Assembly: GCF_020745735.1 (NCBI RefSeq)
Contig: NW_026867487.1
Span: 2,542,001-2,606,000, forward strand
Source of the DNA: Hemiscyllium ocellatum
Taxonomy: Eukaryota
Reading direction: 5' to 3'
Length of the DNA stretch: 64,000 nucleotides
The translations under genes and the position numbers were made by a program. Each line of letters begins with the position of its first letter. Positions within the stretch are counted from its first letter, which is position 1. Shown in pieces: positions 24,420 through 35,486 of the stretch. The notes under the pieces were generated by a model. That model saw only the letters and a program-made list of their open reading frames with translations. It was not told the origin of the DNA and did no database searches.

Positions 24420-24655
24420 GGACTCCCCTTTTTTAGCCTCTGTCCACTGTTTTTCTCTGTCTGCCCTCCCTCTCTACCTATTCACTCCCTCCTCCACCTC
24501 CCCGCCCCTCCTTAACTCCCCATGATCAGCATAAAAGTCAGTTTTCCCCAGCTATCAGTTCTGAAGTAGGATGAATGGTCTTCAAAGATTAACTCTGCTC
24601 TTTCTCTATACATGCTGCCAGACCTGCTAAGTTTGTCCAGCAATTTCTGTTTCCG
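24420..24655 (+). mobile_element. Penelope terminal fragment
   Basis: Pyrimidine-rich stretch, then agtt-CTGAAGTA...caaagatt-aact, then the atgctgccagacctgct tail. Confidence 0.6.
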
Positions 24656-26037
24656 TGTGCCTGAGAGCCTCATACTGGAGAGCATACCCAGAGTGTGGGT
24701 AAACTGTGTGTTCCCTGGTTCCTGACAGCTACCATACCAGTAAATTTTCTGGAAGAATACATTCCCCAGGACTAGATATTGAGGGAATATGAACAGATAT
24801 TTGAAGAGATTTCTTCCGCCAGGTTATTAGGGAACTGATTCTATAGTCGGGGCAACATCCTGAACGTAAGTTTTTGGAAATATGTCAGAACTGGACACTG
24901 AAGACATGCATCCCAGGACAAGACATTATGTGAGTACATCCCAGGAACACAAGTAGATACCTGGGGGAACACAATTATTAGATCAGTTATTAGGGGATTT
25001 TTACTGTCATTTAAGACTGAAGTATGAATTAAGAAATTGAGGCATAAATCACAGACCAGAGATTTCACATCACATGAGAAAGAACACCCCCAAACCACTC
25101 TGGAAAATGCTGGGTGATGCACTGCACAACTCAATACTTTTCACCTCCTAATGTCATCACTGAATCTTTCTCTCTCCGACACTTACTCTTTTCCTGTTTA
25201 ATTCATTTCTCCTTCTATCTCCTTTCCACTAATTATAGAATGTCACTACAATTCCTGTTCTTTCTCTGTCCCATTTCAAAACACACTTTTACCCAATATT
25301 TCCTCTCTTGCTCTCCACATACAGTTCCATTTGATCCCTTTTCCAATAACCCTGGTCTCTCTCCCACTCCAGAACATATTTTGCCCCTCTTTCTTTTCTC
25401 TCTCTCTCTCTCCCATATTCTCCTGTTTATCACAGCAGTCTGTGCAGCATGCAGCTGCAGAATTTCTACCAGAAAACAGAATCTGCTACTAACCGACAGA
25501 AGCTCCTCCCACCCCTGAGGTCACCCATCTGTAAATTCAGTTAATAGAGTTACCTTACACACACAGTTGCTCATTAGGAACAGGCTGGTCCTCTGCTTCC
25601 TGTTTGAGCTGCTTGTTTCTCTCCTCTCAGTCAATTGTAAAGGCTGTCAGCTTAAACAATGGACAGACAACCTGGAAGTGCCAGCTTCTGTTTCTGTGCA
25701 GCATGGAGAGGGAGGAGGGAGAAAGTGGGAGAAATGGCAGTCTGTTTGTAAACAGTGCAGCCAGATTGTGTGTCAGATTAAGTGGCAGACAGACGGAAAC
25801 AGGGAGAAAAAAAATTCAAACCTAAGAAAGTATGAAATATTGTAAGAAGTCAGCCATTGACTCCTGAGAACTTGTCTCATGTTGCAACAAAAACTTGTTT
25901 GCTTTCTCCCAAATCTCAGTTTCTCACACTATCATCACATCCCTTCATACCCGTAAACCTATTGAGGCAATCTTGAATTTATTCAATAACTGAGAATGCA
26001 CAGCACTCTCAGGAAGACAACTGAAAAGATCTGAACA

Positions 26038-27387
26038 TTTTTAATTTCAAAAATATATTTTATTCATAAATACTTTGATGATCTGTACAACTGGACATGC
26101 CATACGTATGTAAACATTCCATTTCTTTGCATACCAAAACAGAGTAATCATTCCTATTTACAGGTCGGTACAATTACATTTTTAGCTGAGGCGTCAGCAG
26201 AGCAGAAATGACTGCGTGGGCCCCCTTGTATTTAGGCAGGCAGATGTTACACGGTGGTCTTTCCCCACCGCGCCTTGGCAGCTGCTGCCCCAGGCTTCAG
26301 CGAGTCCCTCAACATGTAGTCCTGGACCTTGGAATGTGCCAGTCTGCAACACTCAGTCGGGGTCAACTCCTTCAGCTGGAAGATCAACAGGTTTCAGACC
26401 ACCCAGAGAGCGTCCTTCACCGAGTTGATGATCCTCCAGGCACAGTTGAAGTTCGTCTTGGTGTACGTCCTGGGGAACAGGCCGTAGAGCACGGAGTCCC
26501 GCGTCATGGCACTGCTCGGAACAAACCTCGACAAACACAACTGCATTCCTCTCCAGACTTCCTCTGCATAGGCACATTCCAGAAGGAGGTGTGTGACAGT
26601 CTCGTTCCCCGTCCCCGCAGCCGCTTCGAGGGCAGCGTGCGGTGCGACTGAAAGTCCGGGCGTGCATAAAGGGTCTCACAGGCAGAGCCCTTCTCACCAC
26701 CGGCCAAGCTATGTCTTGGTGCTTGTTGGCAAGTTCTGGCGATGAGGCATTCTGCCAAATGGCTTTGACAGTCTGCTCAGGGAACCGCTCGATAGGATCC
26801 GCCCTCTCCTTTTCCCGAAGGGTCTCAGGACACCACTTCCTGATGGACTTGTGGTCAAAGGTGTGTTTCTTCATAAACTTCTCCACGAAGGACAGGTGAT
26901 ACGGAACAGTCCAACTACTCGGAGCGTTCCGTGGCAGCGAGGCCAGGCCCATCCTTTGCAACATCGGGGACAGGTAGAACCTCAGTACGTAGTGACACTT
27001 GGCGTTTGTGTACCGGGGATCCACGCACAGCTTGATGCAGCCACACACAAAGGTGGCAATCAGGGTGAGGGTGGCATTGGGTGTATTTTTCCCCCGTTGC
27101 CCGGATCTTTGTACAACGAGTCCCTTCGGACCCGGTCCATCTTTGATCTCCATATAAACTGGAAGATGAGCCGGGTGACTGTAGCGGCACATGTTCTGGG
27201 AATAGGCCAGACTTGTGCCACATATAATAGTAATGACAGTGCCTCACACCTGATGACCAGGTTTTTTCCCACAGTGGAGAACAACCGTAGCTTCCATCTG
27301 CCCAGTTTCTGTCTCATTTTGCTGATACGCTCCTCCCAAGACTTGGCACACACCCTAGCAACCCCCAAACCAAATACCCAGCACCCT
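26038..27387 (-). mobile_element. Tx1-clade LINE, 5'-truncated copy (ORF2 C-terminus, 3'UTR, A-tail)
   Basis: Inverted homologue of ~30934-32271. It carries the CCHC region RTARCPRSGC..ETVTHLL, ends WGKTTV*, and has AATAAA and the A-tail at the left end. Confidence 0.92.
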
Positions 27388-27482
27388 GTGCGCCCACTGC
27401 AGCAAACCCACAACACTCAAGCAAAACCTTCTTAATGAACACTGTCTGATCGACTAGTGTATGCTCCTCCACCTTCTTGACA

Positions 27483-28667
27483 GGAAAAGGAGGGGGAGCC
27501 ACTGTTCTCCATCTTGGCGGTCCCGTTGTGTGTGCTTCCTGCACAGAGGAGTCGGGTTGTTACGATCCATATGTACAACCCCTATGTTCCAGCAACTGAT
27601 GTCCTGACGTTCCTGAGGAGATATGTGCAGATTAAGGGAGAAAGCACTGACGTGGTTGACCCTTTCGGGATCTGGACCAGCAAACGACAGGTCAAGGGAA
27701 CCCTGAGGGTTGATGCTAGTAGGAACATCCTCCACCCACCCTCCAACTTTGCTATCGGAGGGAGCAGAGGGTACTTGACTTATGCAGGGCAGCCGAAAGT
27801 GTGCCAAACCTGCGGGAGGTCAGGCCACATGGCAGCGGACTGCAAGGTCACGATCTGTCGGAACTGCAAGAAGGAGGGCCACCTGACCAAAGAATGCAAG
27901 GAGGCAAAAAACTGCAATCTGTGTGGGGAGGCGGGCCACGTGTACAAGGCCTGCCCAAGATGTGGGGGCCGCCACCGATGCACAGATGACTGGGGGTGGG
28001 CCACAAAACCAGCAAGGCAACAGTGTCTGGGGGCACGCAAAAAGAAGGACAGGCCGGAGCAGATCAGACGACAGCTACTGAAGAGGGACAGCTGCCGAGC
28101 AAAGCTCCGACAGGAAAGACGGAGGAGGAGGAAAAGGGAAAGGAGGCAGAGGAATGGATCCTGGTGCAAAACAAGAGGAGGAAAACCCACCCGGCTGCCA
28201 AAACCTCCCAGAAAAAGGGGCAAAGGCAGCTGCATGGGGAAGACACGGACAGTTCTTCGAAGGGTGAGACGGACGTAAGGAGGGTCGTCACCAAAAGAAG
28301 AGGCAGAGCGCTGCGGGGAGAAAGGAGAGCAGCAACTGCCAACCAAGGGATGAACCTCCTGAGGCAATGGAAAGCTACCACCTCCCACCAGGTGAAAGCC
28401 AGGAGGGCCCCACCGCCACACAGCTTCCAGGTCACTGGGAGCAGCAACCCTCTGACAGCCCCACTGTCAGATATAGAAGCAGACAGCGTGGACCCTGGTC
28501 CCGGTCCGATGACACCGGAGCGGGCAAATGGGCCAAGTGAGGAGCTGGACAGCTACCTCAGCCCAGCGAGGGTCCAGCAGTTCGTGTTCTGCATGGGGAT
28601 GCAAAAAGCTACTCCAGAGAGGCAGGACCAGCGGCAATTGGACATGGGTAAACTCACAACTTGTTAA
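27483..28667 (+). pseudogene. Tx1 ORF1 (ZCCHC3-like gag-type protein), lacking its start, one frameshift
   Basis: TIHMYNPYV, GIWTSKRQV, RGYLTYAGQPKVCQTCGRSGHMAADC, CRNCKKEGHLTKEC, CNLCGEAGHVYKAC. Confidence 0.85.
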
Positions 28668-28672
28668 AAGAA

Positions 28673-31600
28673 ATGGGGATTAAAATTGCCAGTATTAATG
28701 TGCGCAGCATAAAATCTGCTGCGCGATGTGTTTCAATGCTGGCCTTCCTGGCCAACGTCAAAGCCGATGTCCTGTTTCTGCAGGAGTGTGGGATACCGCA
28801 CCTCAGCAGCTACAGGAGATGGTCGAGCTTGTGGGCCCATGGGCCGTCAGTGTGGTCGGGAGGCAACGATAACCGCTCCTCAGGCCTGGGTATCCTGTTG
28901 TGGGGAGGCAACTTCACCATCTCTGAGGTTAAGGAGGTGGTGGGGGGCGCCTCCTTGTCGCGGATGTTAAATACAGAAACGCTACCGTGAGACTAATCAA
29001 TGTGTACGCCCCAGCGGGTAAGAGTGAACGGTTGGCCGTCCTGCAGCACCTTCCACTGTTGCTGGCTACACCCAGGCCGGTCATTCTGGCCAGAGACTTC
29101 AACTGTATCATTGATGCAGATAGACGATCCGGTGGGAGTGACAGTAAACTGGACACCACGTCCAGAGCCCTGATTGAAACGGTCAAAGATGCCAAGCTGC
29201 ACGACGTCTTCAGCACCCCTGCAGACGGAGCGCAGCATAAATGCACCTGGTCACGGGCAGATGGGTCTATCCACTCAAGGATAGATTACCTGTTTGTGTC
29301 CCGAACGCTCTCGGTCAGAACCACCGATGTCAAGCCGGTGTTCTTCTCTGACCACTGCCTCCTGCTGGCCGACTGTCACCTACAGGACGAGCAGTGGGCG
29401 GGTAAGGGAACGTGGAAACTGAACACTAAGCTGTTGACCCTGGGAAACATCGAGGAGCTCAAAAGGGATTACGCAGGTTGGAGAACCGCGAAGCCCCTCT
29501 TTGAGTCCCCAGCGAACTGGTGGGAAACAGTAAAAGGGAACATCAAGAGGGTCTTCATCCTCAAAGGTGTTCAGGAGGCGAGGGAGAGGTGGGAAAAACT
29601 GTCCCAACTCCAGGAAAGTATGCAGAACCTGCTCCTGCTGCAGACATTGGGGGTTGATGTCACGGAGGACCTCCAAGAGGTGAAGAGCCAGCAAGCCTCG
29701 CTGTTTGCCTCGGAGGCCTCCAAGATAATCTTCCGGTGCAGAGTCCGCTCCATGGAGCAGGATGAGACGTGCTCTCGTTTCTTCTTCCAGAAGGTGCACA
29801 AAGAGAGCTCCGTGCTCAGCAGCCTAAAAGAAGAAGATGGCTCGGTAACGTCATCTCAGGCTGACATCATGAGGATCAGCAAATCTTTCTATGCCAGTCT
29901 GTATGGCTTGAAGCCAACCGACAGCGCGGCCTCCCAGTCGTTCCTGTCCTCTATCACGGAGGTCCTAGATGACGGAACACGAGAGAGGCTGGACCAGCCG
30001 TTATCTCTGGATGAGCTGACCAAGGCCCTCGAGTCCTTCACAAAGAATAAAACTCCCGGAAGCGATGGCTTTACCGGTCAAGATCTATTTTGCTCTTTGG
30101 GACTTGATTGGCTGGGACCTGCTAGAGGTGTATGTCAGTATGCTTCAGGCAGGTACCATGAGTGAACCCATGAGGAAAGGCATCATCACCCTCATCTACA
30201 AGCAGAAGGCGGAGAGGGAGGAAATTAGAAATTGGAGACCAATCTCACTGTTAAACACAGACTACAAAATCTTGTCAAAGGTCATCGCCAACCGGGTCAG
30301 GTCTGCTCTGGGATCGGTGATCCACCCTGACCAAACCTGTGCTGTACTGAGCAGGAAGATCTCTGAGAGTCTTGCACTCCTCAGGGATACAATTGCTTAT
30401 GTGCAGGACAGTGGGGTGGACACCTGCCTTATCAGCCTAGACCAGGAGAAAGCCTTTGTCAGGATATCGCATGCATATATGAGGGATGTCCTCTCCAAAA
30501 TGGGCTTTGGGGAGGAATCGGTAATTGAATCAGACTGCTCTACACCAACATTGTCAGTGCAGTCTCAATCAATGGGTTGGAATCAGACAGCTTCCCTGTA
30601 AGATCTGGAGTCAGGCAGGGCTGCCCCCTCTCACCCGCCTTGTTTGTGTGTTACATAGAGCCATTTGCTGAATCCATCAGGAAGGATGCGAGCCTGAGAG
30701 GGGTGACTATTCCTGACAGCAGGGGCCTGCAGGTTAAGGCCTCCCTGTACATGGATGCCGTCGCCGTTTTCTGCTCGGATCCGCTTTCCATGCACACTCT
30801 CATGTGCATCTGTGACCAGTTCGAACGGGCTTCGGGGGCCAAGGTAAACCGAGGCAAGAGTGAGACCATGCTCTTCGGGAACTTGGCCGACCAATCCTCT
30901 ATCCCCTTCACCGTCAGGACTAACCACCTGAAGGTGCTGGGCATTTGGTTCACGGGGGGCTGGGGCGTGCGCCAAGACCTGGGAGGAGCGGATCAGGAAG
31001 ATGAGACAGAAACTAGGCAGGTGGGAGCAACGGTCGCTCTCCATCGCAGGAAAAAACCTGGTCACCAGGTGTGAAGTATTCTCAGTATTGTTATATGTGG
31101 CACAGGTCTGGCCTATCCCCAGGACCTGTGCCGCCGCAGTCACCTGAGCCATCTTCCACTTCATGTGGAGATCAAAGATGGACCGGGTCCGAAGAGACAC
31201 AATGTACAAAGACCGGTGCAATGGGGGAGAAAACACTCCCAATGCCACCCTCACCCAGATGGCCACCTTTGTGTGTGGCTGCATCAAGCTATGCGTGGAT
31301 CCCTGGTATGCAAACACCAAGTGTCACTATGTACTGAGGTTCTTCCTGTCCCCGGTGTTGCGAAGGATGGGCCTGGCCTCGCTGCCGCGGAACGCTCTCA
31401 GTCGTTGGACCGTTCCGTACCACCTGTCCTTCATGGAGAAGTTTATGAAGAAAAATACCTTTGACCACAAGTCCATCAGGAAGTGGTCAGCACGTAGTGC
31501 CCTTGAGACCCTTCGGGAAAAGGAGAGGGCGGATCCTGTCGAGTGGTTCCCTGAGCAGACTGTCTCATCACCAGAACTTTCCAACAAGCACCAAGACAAG

Positions 31601-32060
31601 GCTTGGCTGGTAGTGAGAAGGGCTCTGCCTGTGAGATCCTTTATGCACGCCTGGACTCTCAGTCGCACCGCACGCTGCCCTCGAAGCGACTGCAGGGGAG
31701 GACGAGACTGTCACACACCTCCTTGTGGAATGTGCCTATGCAGAGGAAGTCTGGAGAGGAATGCAGTGGTGTTTGTCAAGGTTCGTCCCGAGCAGTGCCG
31801 TGACGCGGGACTCCGTGCTCTATATCCTGTTCCCCGGGACGCACACCGAGACGAACATCAACTGCGCCTGGAGGAACATCGACTTGGTGAAGGACGCTCT
31901 CTGGGCAGCCCGAAACCTGTTGATCTTCCAGCTGAAGGAGTTGACCCCGACTGAGTGTTGCTGACTGGCACATTCCAAGGTCCAGGACTACGTGTTGAGG
32001 GATGTGCTGAAGCTTGGGGTAGCTGCTGCCAAGGCGCGGTGGGGAAAGACCACGGTATAA
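28673..32060 (+). pseudogene. Tx1 ORF2 (APE endonuclease, RT, CCHC), several frameshifts
   Basis: MGIKIASINVRS, LFLQEC, SRIDY, SDH, NWRPISLLNTDYKILSK, SLDQEKAF, GVRQGCPLSP, SLYMDA (YMDD altered), WGKTTV*. Confidence 0.9.
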
Positions 32061-32271
32061 TATCTGCCTGCCTAAGAAGAACAGGGGGCCCACGCAGTCA
32101 TTTGGGCTCTGCTGGCACCTCAGTTCAAAAAATATAATCATACCGACCTGTAAATAGGAATGATTACTCGATTTCGGTATGAAAAGAAATGGAATGTTTA
32201 CCTATGTACAGCATGTCCAGTTGTATAGATCAAAATTTTATGAATAAAGTATATTTTTGAAATTAAAAAAA

Positions 32272-33000
32272 GTCACATGGGTATATCCTGATCACACAAA
32301 GCACAACAAATCCAACTCACACAAATAAAGCCCTATCAATATACTCTCAATCATCAGCAAGATGGCGGAAAGTGTGGTCAACAGTTCTACCAAGTCACAC
32401 TGACTCAACACTAACAGCCTCACCCCTGCTCAATTTGTCTTCCATTTGGACCTACTCAGCACCGATCTCATTGCAGCCTTGGCTCAAACATTCACAAAAC
32501 AGTTGAAAAGAAGAGGGGAAACTGATGGGGCCTGCCCTTGACATCAATCCTGCATTTTAATGAATGTGATATCAAGCATTGATGTCAAACCTACAGTAAA
32601 AGGGATTCAAAGTAAGCAATCTCTTCCACAAGTTGGAGTCAAAATTAGCACAAAGGAAGATGGATAAATGGTTGTTGGAAGCCAGTCACCACATTCCAAG
32701 GACTTAATTATTGAAGTTTCTCAGAGTAGATAATGTGTAATAAACCTATTGGGAGATGTTATTCCACACCTCTGAGTAGGTGACACTTGAACTCAGGTGT
32801 CTTGCCTTCGAGGAATGGACACTAATCCCCTTGGCCTGCAATCTTCAACTGCTTCATTGAAGAACTGTCCTCCACCATAAGGCCAGCGGTACGAATGTTC
32901 TCTAATGACTGCATGATGTTCAGCAGCATTCACAGCATCTCAGATACAGCCTGTGTTCACTTGCAGCAAGACCTGAACAAAAATCCAGTTTTGGGTACAC
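32272..33000 (+). mobile_element. CR1/L2-group LINE (second family) RT fragment, decayed
   Basis: Decayed blocks corresponding to PISxLSIISKxME, ALDIxxAF and a FADD-like motif. Confidence 0.6.
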
Positions 33001-33244
33001 AGTACATAGAACAGTACACCACAGTATAGGCTGTTTGGACCTCGATGTTGTGCCGACCTTTTAGCCTACTCTGGGATCAAACACACCTGCACACCCTTCA
33101 TTTTATGATCATCCATATGCCTATCCAAGCGTCGCTTAAGTCTCCATAATATATCTGACTCTATGAACACTGCTAGCAGTGCATTCCATGCACCCACCAC
33201 TTTCTGTATCAAGAACTAACCTCTGACATTGGGCTTTCATTTTG

Positions 33245-35480
33245 GCAGTGGAGCTGAGTGGGAGTGGTCAAACTGCACTCTGGGAAGGTGAGTGAACTGA
33301 TATATTTGGGCAGTGGTGAAACCCTGAGACACTACACATGCAGTGTCTCTCACCCACCCTCCTCCTCTAACAGAAAAAAAGACTCTGGTGTATGGTTAAG
33401 GGAAGGGTTTTCTTTTTTTCTTTTATCATGTGCTGGCGAGTACTGTGATTTATTAATTTTATTTAATTTATCTATTATTTGATATTATAGTTGGGCTAAG
33501 TTAAGCTCAATACTAAAAATGGCAGGAGATCCCAGACCTGTGTTGTGCTCCTCTTGCTCTGGGACACGGCTGATATCCCTGACTCCTTCAAGTACAGCAA
33601 GTGTGTCCAGCTACAGCTCTTGTGAGACCACATGACGGCTCTGGAGGTACTAAGGAGGTCATGGATAGCACATTTACTGAATTGGTCACCTCGCAGATGA
33701 GGATTACTGAGGGTGAAAGACAAAAGGCAGAGGAAGAGCAGGAAGGCAGTGCAGATGTACCCTGCAGTCATCACCCTCCAAAACAGGTATACCATTTTGG
33801 ATACTGTTGGGGGAGATGGCTCACCAGGGAAAGGCAGCAGTAGCCAGGTTCACGGCACCGTGGCTGACTCTGTTGTACAGAAGGGCAGGATAATGAGTGG
33901 ATGAGCTGCAGTCAGAGGGGCTTCAATTCTAAAGGGAGCAGGTAGGTGGTTCTGTGGTTGAAAACAACACTCCTGAATGGTATGTTGCCGACCAAGTCAC
34001 GTGTCAGAAATGTCTCAGATCGGCTGTACATTTTGAAGGAGGAGGGTGAACAGCCAGCTGTCATGTTGCATGTAGGCACTAATGATATTGGTAATAAATG
34101 GGATGACGTCCTCCAAGCAGAATTTAGGGAATTAGGAGCCAAGTTAAAAAATAGGAGCTCAGAGGTAGTAATCTTAGGATTGCTACCAGTATCACATGCT
34201 AATCAGAGTCGAAATGGAAGAATGAATGAGTGGCTCGAGAGATGGTGCAGGAGAGAGGGATTCAAATCTTTGGGACGCATGGACCGGTTCTACTGGAGGT
34301 GGGACTATTACAAATCACAGTCTATACCTGGGCAATGTCCTCGGGAGTACTTTTGCTAACGCTGCCGGGAAGGGCTTAAACTAATCTGACAGAGAGACGG
34401 GAACCAAATGAGGAGGTTAGTGGACAGTAAGGAGGTAGTAACTAAAGCCTGGAAGGAACTATCTAATGAAGTCAGCGAGACTAAGAGGACGAATAAGCAG
34501 GGAGCAGATGATGAACACAAAGTGGCAGGTGGTCTGAGGTGCATTTATTTTATTGCGAGCAGTGCAGTAGATAAGGCAGATGTACTTAGGGCTTGGATTA
34601 GTACCTAGGTGTTGGCGCAGCTATTCCAGACTTTTTTGTAACAAAGCTGGTGAGAGATCAATAGTCTGTAATCCAGAATATCAATCCCTGAATGTATTAA
34701 TGATAGATCTCTGATGTTTAATAAAAAGGCAGCATATTTTATAGCCCTTATGTGCATAACAATTATTTTTCCCAGTTCCACAATATAATGCTTCTGACTT
34801 TAATTAAGTTCCCATCATTTGAATTCGGTGATTAATACATTTAGTGTTCTTCACATAGATTAAAACAAAATGAAGAATGTTTCCTACACGTGGTCCTACT
34901 TGCAGCAATGCAGATAATACCTGAACTACTATCAGCATTCTGGAAACTGTCTGGGAAAGGACTGTCTGGTCGCCACATTACCAAAAAGACGTAGATGCTT
35001 TGGAGAAGGTGCAGAGGAGGTTCACTGGGATGTTGGCTGGTATGGAGAGCACTAGCTATGAAGACAGGTTGAGTAAATTAGGATTATTTTCATTAGAAAG
35101 ATGGAGGTTGAGGGGGGAAGCTGTTTGAGGTCTACAAAATCATGAGAGGTATAGACAGGGTGGAGAGCAAGAAGCATTTTCCCAGGGTGGAGGACTCAAT
35201 TACTAGGGGTCACAAGTTCAAGGTGAGAGGGGAAAAGTTTAGGAGAGATATGTATAAAAAGTTCTTCACGCAGAGGGTGGTGGGTGCCTGGTGGGGGCCA
35301 TTGAAGGTGGGAGAGCCGGGCATGATAGCATCATTTAAGATGTATCTAGACAATACGTGAATCGGAAGGGAGCAGAGGGATACAAATCCTTGGAAAATAG
35401 GTGACAGATTATGATAGAGGATCTGGATTGGCGCAGGCTTGGAATGCCGAAGGGCCTGTTCCTGTGCTTCAATCTTCTTT
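33245..35480 (+). mobile_element. CR1 LINE with 5'UTR and esterase-type ORF1, large internal deletion, and 3' end
   Basis: ORF1 begins MAGDPRPVLCSSC at 33519 and contains the SGNH-like VMLHVGTNDIG..ILGLLP. EN start is GLRCIYF. The 3' end lies at 34950-35480. Confidence 0.85.
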
Positions 35481-35486
35481 GTTCTG

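Larger units (their letters stand above)
27388..32271 (+). mobile_element. Tx1-clade LINE, near full length, with a short 5' inversion, frameshifted
   Basis: ORF1 has three CCHC knuckles and ORF2 has APE, RT and CCHC domains. AATAAA at 32243-32248 and A7 at 32265-32271. GC-richer than the flanks. Confidence 0.93.

Noticed and set aside
26038-32300. Tx1 element as a U2-targeting (Keno-type) or microsatellite-targeting insertion
   Set aside because: Neither flank contains U2, tRNA, 5S or simple-repeat target sequence.
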